A stretch of 64,000 nucleotides of DNA from an uncultured Armatimonadetes bacterium (GTDB lineage Bacteria; Armatimonadota; Hebobacteria; Hebobacterales; Hebobacteraceae): assembly GCA_963716175.1 (NCBI GenBank), contig OY970296.1:1408001-1472000 (forward strand), given 5' to 3'. A model generated the notes under the pieces. It was not told the origin of the DNA. It searched no databases and saw only the letters and a program-made list of their open reading frames with translations. The position numbers and the translations under genes were made by a program. Position 1 is the stretch's first letter; the number at the start of each line of letters is the position of its first letter. Below are positions 48,267 to 57,740 of this stretch, piece by piece.

Positions 48267-48780
48267 CTCCGCCGCCCTCGCCGTAGGCCGCTGCTACTTC
48301 CTGGGCCACCGCTTGCTTCAGGTCGTCCGCAGTCCAGTACCGGCCCATGTCCTGCGAGAAGTCCACCACATAGGGATGAGGCTTGGCCTGGATGGTGTAC
48401 TCCTTCTCGGTGTTGATCATGAGGCCCTGCACCGTCATCTTCGCGTTCTGAAAGGCCTCTTGCCCCTGCGGCGTGCGGAAGTCAATGTACTTGATGTAGA
48501 CCTTTCCCGGGTACTGCTTGACCAAGCTCTTCATCAAGTCAATCAGCGGTTGGTGCTCGCGGTCTATAGGAAAGAAGGCGACGATCCTCACCTTGGCGTT
48601 CGCCGGTCCCTCCTCGATGATGGGCTTCTCGGGGAGCGGGCTGGTGATGGGCTTCTGGGAGGTGGTGACCGCCTTCTGACCCCTGAACTGCTGGCCGGGC
48701 AGTGTCGGTCGGCCGCAGCCAGCAGGTAGGGCGAGGGCGGCCCCCAGGGCGATGATCCAGAGCCAAGTATGGCGACGCAT
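48256..48780 (-). CDS. Lipoprotein with a thioredoxin/DsbA-like fold lacking CxxC
   Basis: Lipobox LPAG-C; GPANAKVRIVAFF..LVKQYPGKVYIKYIDF; RBS GGAGG. Confidence 0.65.
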   Translation of the reverse strand: MRRHTWLWIIALGAALALPAGCGRPTLPGQQFRGQKAVTTSQKPITSPLPEKPIIEEGPANAKVRIVAFFPIDREHQPLIDLMKSLVKQYPGKVYIKYIDFRTPQGQEAFQNAKMTVQGLMINTEKEYTIQAKPHPYVVDFSQDMGRYWTADDLKQAVAQEVAAAYGEGGGATR

Positions 48781-48934
48781 CACAATCCTCCGTCTGGTTC
48801 GGTTCAGTGGGGAGATTCTGCGCTCGCCTGCGTGCCTCCTGTCCAGGTCTCGCCGAGGCGTGGTGGGCCGTGGTGGTTGGTGGTAGAATAGGGCAAGCCG
48901 GCCTGGCGGCCAGGGCGGTCGTGAGGAGAGAGTA

Positions 48935-49765
48935 GTGCGCGGGGAACTCGAGAGCAAGTACCAGAGGCTGAAGGCCCTCCTGTCGGAGACGGGCGGGATG
49001 GTGGTGGCCTACTCGGGGGGCGTGGACAGCACGCTGCTGCTGCGGGTGGCGGTGGAGGTGCTGGGCGAGCGGGCGCTGGCCGTCACGGCCAGCTCGCAGA
49101 CCTATCCCGCGCAGGAGGTGGCGGAGGCGCTCTGCCTGGCCGGGGAGCTGGGGGCGCGGCTGCGGGAGATCCACACCGAGGAGCTGGCTCACGAGGAGTT
49201 CGCGAGCAACCCGCCCGAGCGCTGCTTCTACTGCAAGCAAGAGCTGTTCGGCAAGCTGGTGGAGATGGCGCGGGAGGAGGGGCTGCCGGCGGTGGCGGAT
49301 GGCAGCAATGTGGATGACACCGGCGACTATCGGCCCGGGATGAGGGCGGCGGCGGAGCTGGGGATTCGCAGCCCGCTGCGGGAGGCCGGATTCACCAAGG
49401 CCGACGTTCGCGAGCTGTCGAAGGAGCTGGGGCTGCCAACCTGGGACAAGCCATCTTTCGCTTGCCTCGCCTCGCGATTCCCCTACGGCGAGCGCATCAC
49501 ACCGGAGAACCTGGGGCGAGTCGGCGCGGCCGAGCAGGTGCTGCGCGAGCTGGGATTTCGCCAGGTGCGAGTGCGCCATCACGGAGACAGCGCCCGCATC
49601 GAAGTGGGGCCCGAGGACCTGGGCCGAGCGATCGAGCCCGAGCATCGCGAGCGCATCGTGTCCGAGCTCACGAAACTGGGCTACCTCTACGTGACCCTGG
49701 ACCTGGAGGGGTATCGGACTGGCAGCATGAACAAGCCGCTGGCGCGAGAGCGGCCCTCTCTGTAG
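48935..49765 (+). CDS. larE: ATP-dependent sacrificial sulfur transferase LarE
   Basis: VAYSGGVDST, RCFYCK, DYRPG, WDKPSFACLASRFPYG, QVRVRHH, TLDLEGYRTGSMN. Confidence 0.93.
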   Translation: MRGELESKYQRLKALLSETGGMVVAYSGGVDSTLLLRVAVEVLGERALAVTASSQTYPAQEVAEALCLAGELGARLREIHTEELAHEEFASNPPERCFYCKQELFGKLVEMAREEGLPAVADGSNVDDTGDYRPGMRAAAELGIRSPLREAGFTKADVRELSKELGLPTWDKPSFACLASRFPYGERITPENLGRVGAAEQVLRELGFRQVRVRHHGDSARIEVGPEDLGRAIEPEHRERIVSELTKLGYLYVTLDLEGYRTGSMNKPLARERPSL

Positions 49766-49893
49766 GGCGGGCGTGTGGCTAGGCCTGCTACGCAGGCCGC
49801 CATGGCGGTCGAAGACTTAGCCACCCACGCCCGGCGGCCCGCCGCCGGCGGGCTTAGGGGCCTCCTCCCACAGGCTGGGAGCCTGTGCTACCC
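49760..49893. repeat. GTAG REP with inner cassette (family of 26774-26859) plus a second REP CACAGGCTGGGAGCCTGTGCTAC
   Basis: CTGTAGGGCGGGCGTGTGGCTAGGCCTGCTACGCAGGCCGCCATGGCGGTCG; its TAG serves as the larE stop codon. Confidence 0.7.
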
Positions 49894-50139
49894 GGGGGGG
49901 CGGTGAACACGGGCTTGCCCGCCGCAGCGTTCACATGGGCAGCTCGAAGGAGCACCCACTCGCGGGTCGGCGGCGGGGATGGCGTCGAGCCGCTTCTGGC
50001 GTTCTCGATCTCAGTGCCGAAGGAGCTGATCCGCAAATGACGCGGAGACCTTACTGCCGGAAGGCAAGGCCAAGGCGAGGAAGCTGCAACGCACATCCCC
50101 CACATCGAATCGCAGGAGCAAGTCTAGGGGAATGTCGGG

Positions 50140-51384
50140 TCAGGGCAAGATCACACTCACATCGACATCGCGAATGCCACACTCCGCAAGTGCCTTGCTC
50201 AGAATGGCATTGGCAACCGCGAAGCCAACCGGTACCACTCCATCGGAGTAGAACTCATTAGTCATAGTCACTCCGCCGTAGTCCTCGTGCTTGACGAGCT
50301 TGATGCTGTTTGGCGTCTGCTGGTAGCTCTCCTTGTGAGTCCATCCCCCGCGCTCTCCGACCCTCGCCCTATCTGGGACATGCCTGAGAACGGCGTCGAT
50401 CAGACGCAGCCTGATGTACGGGCAGTATCGAACCTTGTGAAGGTGCACATTCAACTCGTGGGTCATACGCTCTTTGTCGAACCAGAACACGTCATTGCTG
50501 AGGAACCTCCCATACGAGAACCACTCAGCCCACTGTGTCCATTCCATCGACAGCTGCTTGCATCCCCAGAGATTTGGACGCTTCTCTTCTGCACCGAAGC
50601 AGTACTCGACGGGCCTGTATGCTGCGCTCCTTTGCTCCAGGCACCAGAGAAAACCGAATACCTCATCCCAGGGATGTTCCTGCCCATCCACGTAGACCTT
50701 ACGATTGCGCATGCCCTTCAGGCACCTGACTAGCGGCAAGCTGTCGCCGACGTTCCCAGAGGGCCATCCTGCCAGGTACCACCGCTTCTTCTCCCTGAGA
50801 ATCTCCTGGAAAACAGGAGAGGCCTGCGCCTCCACAAGGCCCGCAGCGAAAGAGGCTGCTGTGCTCTCAGGGAACTCGATCGCAACACCAGTGGATGGGT
50901 ACTCAAATGCAAGACTAGTCGGCGCGGCGCTCGCTACTGCTTCGAGTGCTGCTCCGCAGCCCGCGCAGAACTTCGCACCGGGCTGGGCCTGCGCTCCGCA
51001 CTCGGGGCAGGCAACCCCGGCCTGCGCTCTGGCGCGGCTAGCGGCCTCTGCGGTCATTCGATCAATCTGCTCCTGTGTGGCACCGATCTCCCGCGCGAAC
51101 GCGACAATCGCACTTCTCTCGGCGTCCTGCACGCCACCATCTGCGAGTGCCAGGAAGATCATGTCCTCAAGGTTGCCGATCTGTTGGGAATAGCGCCCCC
51201 TTGGGTGCGGCTGGAAAGCCGCATCGCTTGCCCGCGTCCGGGCGGTCTGGAGATCCTTCTTCTTCGCTCCGATCTCCGCAGCTATGCTCGCCAGAGCCGA
51301 TTCCTCTGCAGGGGTGAGGAGTCCGTCAGCTCTGGCAACGAAGATGGTGTTCGCAAGATACTGGGCAACATCATCTGGCTGCAT
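50140..51384 (-). CDS. TerB-like domain + zinc ribbon + unknown C-terminal domain protein
   Basis: VARADGLLTPAEE..DMIFLALADGGVQDAER; CPECG..AKFCAGCG; RBS AAGGAG; visibly lower GC. Confidence 0.75.
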   Translation of the reverse strand: MQPDDVAQYLANTIFVARADGLLTPAEESALASIAAEIGAKKKDLQTARTRASDAAFQPHPRGRYSQQIGNLEDMIFLALADGGVQDAERSAIVAFAREIGATQEQIDRMTAEAASRARAQAGVACPECGAQAQPGAKFCAGCGAALEAVASAAPTSLAFEYPSTGVAIEFPESTAASFAAGLVEAQASPVFQEILREKKRWYLAGWPSGNVGDSLPLVRCLKGMRNRKVYVDGQEHPWDEVFGFLWCLEQRSAAYRPVEYCFGAEEKRPNLWGCKQLSMEWTQWAEWFSYGRFLSNDVFWFDKERMTHELNVHLHKVRYCPYIRLRLIDAVLRHVPDRARVGERGGWTHKESYQQTPNSIKLVKHEDYGGVTMTNEFYSDGVVPVGFAVANAILSKALAECGIRDVDVSVILP

Positions 51385-51536
51385 CGCGCACTCCTTCCCA
51401 CCATGTGAGCAATGACGTGATATAGAAGGCGTAGCAGACATTCATCGCGGCGGGAGATCCCCCTTTGCTCGTTGGACAGGAGCTCGCTCCTGTCAAGTCC
51501 TCATCGATCTGGGCAACCTGCGGATGCTCGCCTTTC

Positions 51537-53888
51537 CTATATCGGCAGCTCAAAGGCCCGCGCTATGTACACAGCCATCTGGTCGCGGGTGACGGGGTCG
51601 GCGGGATGGTAGAGGCCGTCGAGGTAACCCTGCACTACCGCGTGGTCCACGCAGGCCTTGATAGCGGTGCCGGCCCAGAAGCCGGCGGGGACATCGGGGA
51701 AGACCTGAGGGGCGGTGGTCATGTCATCACCCAGATTCACCCACCCTTTGGCGCGGGCGATGAACACCGCCATCTGGCCGCGATCTACCACCACATCGGG
51801 TTGATAGTGGGTGGCGTCGTAGCCTTGCACCACGCCCTGGGCCACCGCATACTCGATGTACTTGTAGGCCCAGTTGCCAATGGGCACGTCATCGGGGAAG
51901 TCCGGGTTGGCTGGACCACTGGGCACATTCTCATCACCACCCGCCAGGGCGCGGGAGATATAGACCGCCATCTGGTCGCGGGTGACAGAAGCAGCGGGCT
52001 GGTAGGTGCCATCGGTGTAGCCTGCGACGATCCCGGCCGCGAAGCAGGCCTCGATCTGCTGGTAGGCCCAGTAGCCGGGAGTCACATCCGCAAAGGTGAG
52101 ACGAATGAGATGAACCATCTGGCCGTTCTCCGTGTCGGCCACCCAGCAGGAGCCGTCAGTCGGGTTCACGGAGACGGACTCAGGCCAGTGGAAGCCTCCT
52201 CCCCGCCAAAGCTCGGCGCCGTCTGCGCCCAGATGCACCACCTCACTGCCTAGATAGTCGGCCACCCAGCAGGAGCCATCGGTGGGGTTCACCGAGACGG
52301 ACTCCGGCGACTCGAAACCTCCTGCGCGCGAGAGTTCGGCGCCATCCGGTCCCAGGTGCACCACCTGGCTGTTCCCAGTGTCGGCCACCCAGCAGGAGCC
52401 ATCGCTCGGGTTCACGGAGAGCTCGGAGGGGGCGCTGAGGCTCCCTCCGCGCCAGAGTTCGGCGCCGTCCGGTCCCAGGTGCACCACCTGGTTGTTCCCG
52501 TAGTCGGTCACCCAGCAGGAGCTATCGCTCGGGTTCACGCAGACCGACCAGGGCCGCTGGAAGCTTCCTCCGCGCCAGAGTTCGGCGCCATTCGGTCCCA
52601 GGTGGACCACCTGGTCGTTGGCGCTGTCGGCCACCCAGCAGGAGCCGTCGCTGGGGTTCGCGGAGACGCAGGAGGGCGTGTTGAAGCCTCCTCCACGCGA
52701 GAGTTCGGCGCCATTGGCCCCCAGGTGGACCACCTCATTGCTAAAATACTCGGCCACCCAGCAGGAGCCGTCGCTGGGATTCACAGACACTGAGCGAGGT
52801 GTGTTGAAGTCCTTCCCCCGCCAGAGCTGGGATCCGTCGGGCCCCAGGTGGGCCACCTGGTCGTCCATAGTGGCGGCCGCCCAGCAGGAGCCGTCGCTGG
52901 AGTTGACAGAGACGGACCAGGGGTCCTTGGAGTCTCCTCCTCGCGACAGCTCGGCGCCATCGGATCCGAGGTGCACCACCTGGTTGTTGACGGTGTCGGC
53001 CACCCAGCAGGAGCCATCGCTGGAGTTCACGCACACAGAGCGGGGCTGCTTGACGCTCCCCCCTCGCCAGAGCTCAGCCCCACCGGCCCCCAGGTGCACC
53101 ACCTGGCTGTTGCCGCTGTCGGCCACCCAGCAGGAGCCATCGCTGGGGTTCACGGAGACCGACTCAGGTAGGTAGAAGCCTCCTCCACGCGAGAGTTCCG
53201 CCCCGTCGGCCCTCAGGTGCACCACCTCGCCGTTGCCGCTGTCGGCCACCCAGCAGGAACCATCGCTGGGGTTCGCGGAGACGGAGGCGGGCGCACCGAA
53301 GTTCCCTCCTCTCCACAACTGGCCGCCACTGGCCGCCAAGTGCACCACCTGGTAGTTCCCGATGTCGGCCACCCAGCAGGAACCATCGCTGGGGTTCACG
53401 GAGACGGAGTGGGGCGCGTTGAAGCCTCCTCCTCGCCAGAGCTGGGTGCCGTCTGCGCTCAGATGCACTACCTGGTTGTTGCCCCAGTCGGCCACCCAGC
53501 AGGAGCCATCACCGGGGTTGACGGAGACGGAGTGGGGCGAGAAGAAACCACCTCCCCGCCAGAGGGCGAATCCGTTAGCTGCCAGGTGCACCACCTGGTT
53601 GTTCACGGTGTCGGCCACCCAGCAGGAGCCGTCGCTGGAGTTCACGGAGACGAACTGGGGCAACCAGAACTCGTTGGTCTGGCTGAGCGTGGCGCCGTCG
53701 CTGGCCAGGTGCATCACACTGCTTCCCGTCGCTGCCCAGACACTGCCGTCCGCCGGGTTGACCGAGACCGACATGGCCCTGCCGAACGGGCTGCGCCAGG
53801 CCTCGCCGATGGCCTCGGCCGCAGCGCCAGGACGAGCCAGAAGACAGAGGAACGCAGGGAATGCAACAGCCACGACGCGCGCCTTCAT
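51537..53888 (-). CDS. Secreted SLH-anchored protein with 14 x 41-aa NHL-like beta-propeller repeats
   Basis: Repeat SVSVNPSDGSCWVAD.GN.QVVHLG.DG.ELWRGG.F..P (123-bp period); three SLH domains (FADV..VTRDQMAVYI). Confidence 0.88.
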   Translation of the reverse strand: MKARVVAVAFPAFLCLLARPGAAAEAIGEAWRSPFGRAMSVSVNPADGSVWAATGSSVMHLASDGATLSQTNEFWLPQFVSVNSSDGSCWVADTVNNQVVHLAANGFALWRGGGFFSPHSVSVNPGDGSCWVADWGNNQVVHLSADGTQLWRGGGFNAPHSVSVNPSDGSCWVADIGNYQVVHLAASGGQLWRGGNFGAPASVSANPSDGSCWVADSGNGEVVHLRADGAELSRGGGFYLPESVSVNPSDGSCWVADSGNSQVVHLGAGGAELWRGGSVKQPRSVCVNSSDGSCWVADTVNNQVVHLGSDGAELSRGGDSKDPWSVSVNSSDGSCWAAATMDDQVAHLGPDGSQLWRGKDFNTPRSVSVNPSDGSCWVAEYFSNEVVHLGANGAELSRGGGFNTPSCVSANPSDGSCWVADSANDQVVHLGPNGAELWRGGSFQRPWSVCVNPSDSSCWVTDYGNNQVVHLGPDGAELWRGGSLSAPSELSVNPSDGSCWVADTGNSQVVHLGPDGAELSRAGGFESPESVSVNPTDGSCWVADYLGSEVVHLGADGAELWRGGGFHWPESVSVNPTDGSCWVADTENGQMVHLIRLTFADVTPGYWAYQQIEACFAAGIVAGYTDGTYQPAASVTRDQMAVYISRALAGGDENVPSGPANPDFPDDVPIGNWAYKYIEYAVAQGVVQGYDATHYQPDVVVDRGQMAVFIARAKGWVNLGDDMTTAPQVFPDVPAGFWAGTAIKACVDHAVVQGYLDGLYHPADPVTRDQMAVYIARAFELPI

Positions 53889-54171
53889 CGGACCAGGCCT
53901 CCGAGACAGTGCTCACGGCAGGCTTCCAGCCCTGCCTCATCGGGGTAGCACAATGGGTGAGCGGAACACGTAGACACTGGCTTCGGCGAGGCCGGAGAGA
54001 AGACCTGCCCACGCGCGATCTCACGAGGCCTCGACGCGCGCACCTTGTCTCAGGAGCCCAATCGCGCCCAGAGACAGCCCCGTGCCGGGGCAGCGGTGGG
54101 GGCACCCGACCTGGGGCCGAAACTGCAAGAACGTGGATGGGGTGCCGCGCCTCAATGCTAGGATGTCTTCG

Positions 54172-55359
54172 CTACGGCACATACCTAAGCATGAACGCCA
54201 TCCAGCGCGACCGCCTCCCCAGCATGTCATCGCCGGGGTCCCCACCCGCTCCATAGACCCATCCGTGCTTCTCATCTGCAAACACGACCCGATCCAAGCG
54301 ACTGGAATAGAGGGTCTCCGTTCCCGTCAGCTCACGGCGCCAGGTCTTGCCGCGGTCCGCGGTGTGCCACACTAACGCTTCGTCGCGCCACCCCCTGTCG
54401 TAGAACAGGGTGTACCCGACGACCCATCCCGACTTGGGGGTTGGGAAGGAGCAATCCTGCAGATGCACCTGCATCTGCAGGCCCGGCGGCAGCCTCGTCC
54501 TGCGGGTGCCCTTCTTCCCGGTGGGCACAGGGGAGGGAGGAGTGACCCGCTCCCAAGTCTTCCCCCCATCCGCGGTGTGAAGCAGGGAAGCCGACCACAG
54601 CGTCACCCACCCCTCCCGGCGATTCCGGAACTCCAGTCGGCATTCTCCGGCGGACCCTCCGGGAGCTATGGTGCTCACTGCGAAACTCTTTCCCCCGTTA
54701 GTTGTTCTCAGGAGGAAAACAGGTCGGGCCTCGGCGGCCGCCGGACGGTCCCTCACGACCCGTTCGGCGGCGACAATCCAGCCGTGAGTCTTGTCCACGA
54801 AACGGATCGCCTCCAGGTTCACACCTTGCCGGCTAACCGGATAGCTCACCTCGCTCCAGGTCACCCCGCCATCGATAGTGTGATACAGGCGGTTCCTGGG
54901 AAACATTGGGCCGATGGCCCAGGCTTCACTGGCGGAGACGGCCGCGAGTTCCTGGAGGTCTTGTTTGGCCTTGAGGGGGCTTACCCGCCAGGAGGCTCCT
55001 CCGTCAACGGTAACAGCCGTCTTGCCGGATTGGACGGCCCACCCGACCCGTTCGTTCAGGAAGTCACAACATCCGAGGAAGTCATTGCGCGAGGGAGCGT
55101 ATTGGTCGGTCCAGGTGGAGCCTCCGTCGCTGGTGCGCATCAGAGGTTGAGCCGATTGGCCCAGCCACCCCCGCCTCGCGTCAGTGAAATCCATGTCGCT
55201 GAACGTGCCCGCGTAACCGCGCGCGCCTGGGTCTTTGACCCAGATTCGCTCCCAGTGCGGGGCCTGACAGAAGGAACCCGGGTGTGGGCCAAAGACCGCG
55301 CCGTAGCCCACGAGCAGGGCTATCCCACCCAGCAGCAAGACGACCCCAAGCTCTCGCAT
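54172..55359 (-). CDS. YCF48/BNR-repeat beta-propeller protein
   Basis: Repeats TSDGGSTW, TVDGGASW, TIDGGVTW, TADGGKTW, F.D..HGW; N-terminal signal/TM. Confidence 0.8.
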   Translation of the reverse strand: MRELGVVLLLGGIALLVGYGAVFGPHPGSFCQAPHWERIWVKDPGARGYAGTFSDMDFTDARRGWLGQSAQPLMRTSDGGSTWTDQYAPSRNDFLGCCDFLNERVGWAVQSGKTAVTVDGGASWRVSPLKAKQDLQELAAVSASEAWAIGPMFPRNRLYHTIDGGVTWSEVSYPVSRQGVNLEAIRFVDKTHGWIVAAERVVRDRPAAAEARPVFLLRTTNGGKSFAVSTIAPGGSAGECRLEFRNRREGWVTLWSASLLHTADGGKTWERVTPPSPVPTGKKGTRRTRLPPGLQMQVHLQDCSFPTPKSGWVVGYTLFYDRGWRDEALVWHTADRGKTWRRELTGTETLYSSRLDRVVFADEKHGWVYGAGGDPGDDMLGRRSRWMAFMLRYVP

Positions 55360-55645
55360 TCCCCAGACCTCCCGGCGCTGCCCAGGAACTCGTCCGACCC
55401 CAGGATGCTCGTGGAGCGCCACCCGTAGCCTTCTCCCTCTTCGTGGTTCCCCCTGTGCTGAGACGCACCGAGGATGGGGAATGCTGCCCCACGAGGAGTG
55501 GAGGCACTGGGAGTTGAAGCCACCTCCGATGGGCGCACTGGTCGCACGCTCCGCGGGCACCTGTTCCCCCTTAGCCGGTAGACCCGTACGTGCCGTTATC
55601 GGCCCACTGCACATGCGCCGTGCTGCAGGCCCGCGCTGACGGGCT

Positions 55646-57499
55646 TCACATCGGTAACTCAAACGCCCTCGCCACATACACCGCCATCTGGTCCCGGGTG
55701 ACGGGGTCGCTGGGGTGGTAGAGGCCATCCAGGTAGCCCTGCACCACTGCGTTGTCTACACAGGCCTTGACCGCGGTGCCGGCCCAGAACCCGGCCGGGA
55801 CATCGGGGAAGACCTGAGGGGCGGTGGTCATGTCATCCCCCAGGTTCACCCATCCCTGGGAGCGAGCGACGAACACCGCCATCTGACCCCGGTCCACCAC
55901 CGCATCAGGGACATAGTGGGTGGGGTCGTAGCCCTGGACCACGTTCCTGGAGACCGCGTACTCGATCTGTTTGTAGGCCCAGTGGGTGCTGGACACATCA
56001 GAGAAGGTGGGTGGCGGCACAGGATCAGGGATGGCCGCATCGCCGGAGGGGATTACCAGGGCGCGGGCGACGTAGACCGCCATCTGGTCGCGGGTCACGG
56101 GCTGTGATGGCTGGTACGTGCCATCTGGATACCCCGTCACGACACCGGCATCCACACAGGCCGATATCTGGCTGAACGCCCAGTTGCTGAAGGGAACGTC
56201 GGAGAAGCCCTCCCGGTCCCGCACGAACACATCCGCGACACCGTTAGTGTCCTCGGCCACCAGGTTGGAGGCAACAGACCCGAAGGCCACGAACCGGCCC
56301 TCAGCGCTGATGACAGGCCACCACGAGCCCCCGTTCCCCTGCTCTCCGGCGCTGCTCACGCTCACCCGCTCCGTGGCCCCGGTCGCCCGGTCGTGCACGA
56401 AGACATCCGCGTCTCCGTTGGTGTCCCCGGCCACCAGGTTGGAGGCATAGGAATCGAAGGCCACGAACCGGCCGTCAGCGCTGATGGCAGGGTACTGCGA
56501 TTCCCCGTTCCCCTGTTCTCCGGCACTGCTCACGCTCACCCGCTCCGTGGCCCCGGTCGCCCGGTCGTGCACGAAGACATCCGCGTCTCCGTTGGTGTCC
56601 CCGGCCACCAGGTTGGAGGCATAGGAATCGAAGGCCACGAACCGGCCGTTAGCGCTGATGGCAGGGTTGATAGAGCCCCAGTTCCCCTGCTCTCCGGCGC
56701 TGCTGACGCTCACCCGCTCGGTGACCCCGGTCACGCGGTCATGCACGAACACATCCGGGACACCGTTGGTGTCCCCGGCCACCAGGTTGGAGGCATAGGA
56801 GTAGAAGGCTACGAACGAGCCGTCAGCGCTGATGACACGCCACCACGAGTCCCCGTTCCCCTGCTCTCCGGCGCTGCTCACGCTCACCCGCTCCGTGGCC
56901 CCGGTCACGCGATCATGCACAAACACATCCCGCCATCCGTTGGTGTCCCCGGCCACCAGGTTGGAGGCATAGGACTCGAAGGCCACGAACCGGCCGTCAG
57001 CGCTGATCGCAGGGTACATAGAGCCCTCGTTCCCCTGCTCTCCGGCGCTGCTCACGCTCACTCGCTCCGTGGCCCCGGTCGCCCGGTCACGGACGAAGAC
57101 ATCCGTGCCTGCGTTGGTGTCCCCGGCCACCAGGTTGGAGGCATAGGAGTAGAAGGCCACGAACCGGCCGTCAGCGCTGATGCCAGGCGACCACGAGTCC
57201 CCGTTCCCCTGCTCTCCGGCGCTGCTCACGCTCACCCGCTCGGTGGCGCCGGTGGCCCGGTTGTGCACGAAGACATCCCGGCATGCGTTGGTGTCCCCGG
57301 CCACGAGGTTGGAGGCAACAGACTGGAAGGCCACGAATCGTCCGTCAGCGCTGATGGCAGTGTACCCAGAGTCTGCGTTCCCCTGCTCTCCGGCGCTGCT
57401 TACGCTTACCCGCTCCGTGGTGCCGGCGGGGGCGGGGGCAGACGCGGAGAGGAGGTACGAGAGAAGGGGGATCGCCGCGAGCCAACAGCGCATTCGCAT
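55646..57499 (-). CDS. Secreted SLH-anchored protein with 7 x 58-aa TolB/PD40-like repeats
   Basis: Repeat TERVSVSSAGEQGN..S..P.ISADGRFVAF.S.ASNLVAGDTN...DVFV.DR.TG (174-bp period); three SLH domains. Confidence 0.88.
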   Translation of the reverse strand: MRMRCWLAAIPLLSYLLSASAPAPAGTTERVSVSSAGEQGNADSGYTAISADGRFVAFQSVASNLVAGDTNACRDVFVHNRATGATERVSVSSAGEQGNGDSWSPGISADGRFVAFYSYASNLVAGDTNAGTDVFVRDRATGATERVSVSSAGEQGNEGSMYPAISADGRFVAFESYASNLVAGDTNGWRDVFVHDRVTGATERVSVSSAGEQGNGDSWWRVISADGSFVAFYSYASNLVAGDTNGVPDVFVHDRVTGVTERVSVSSAGEQGNWGSINPAISANGRFVAFDSYASNLVAGDTNGDADVFVHDRATGATERVSVSSAGEQGNGESQYPAISADGRFVAFDSYASNLVAGDTNGDADVFVHDRATGATERVSVSSAGEQGNGGSWWPVISAEGRFVAFGSVASNLVAEDTNGVADVFVRDREGFSDVPFSNWAFSQISACVDAGVVTGYPDGTYQPSQPVTRDQMAVYVARALVIPSGDAAIPDPVPPPTFSDVSSTHWAYKQIEYAVSRNVVQGYDPTHYVPDAVVDRGQMAVFVARSQGWVNLGDDMTTAPQVFPDVPAGFWAGTAVKACVDNAVVQGYLDGLYHPSDPVTRDQMAVYVARAFELPM

Positions 57500-57524
57500 C
57501 CTATCCGTCCTCCGAAGCGTATCT

Positions 57525-57581
57525 GGGCGGGCATGCCCTTCGGCTGCACTCAGGACCAACTCCGACATGCCCGCCCTACAG
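57525..57581 (-). repeat. GTAG REP with inner CCTTCGGCTGCACTCAGG cassette (family of 2464-2510)
   Basis: GGGCGGGCATGC[CCTTCGGCTGCACTCAGGACCAACTCC]GACATGCCCGCCCTACAG. Confidence 0.7.
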
Positions 57582-57740
57582 GAACAGGAGGGATGTGGTG
57601 GCTCAAGGGGAGAGGTGGATAAGCGTTTCGGCGAGGGCGAGGAAACACCTGTCTGCAGTCGGCTGTCGCAGGGAGGTTGGGAGAAAACGGCTCCTGCCCT
57701 ACGACCGCAGGTTGGGAACCTGCGCTACGAAAGATTGGGC

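Noticed and set aside
52100-57420. Regularly spaced direct repeats as CRISPR arrays
   Set aside because: Periods of 123 and 174 bp are in-frame protein repeats, the intervening sequence is also homologous, and there are no cas genes.
55646-57499. Diversity-generating retroelement target
   Set aside because: No reverse transcriptase or template repeat is in the window, and the variation is not evidently adenine-specific.
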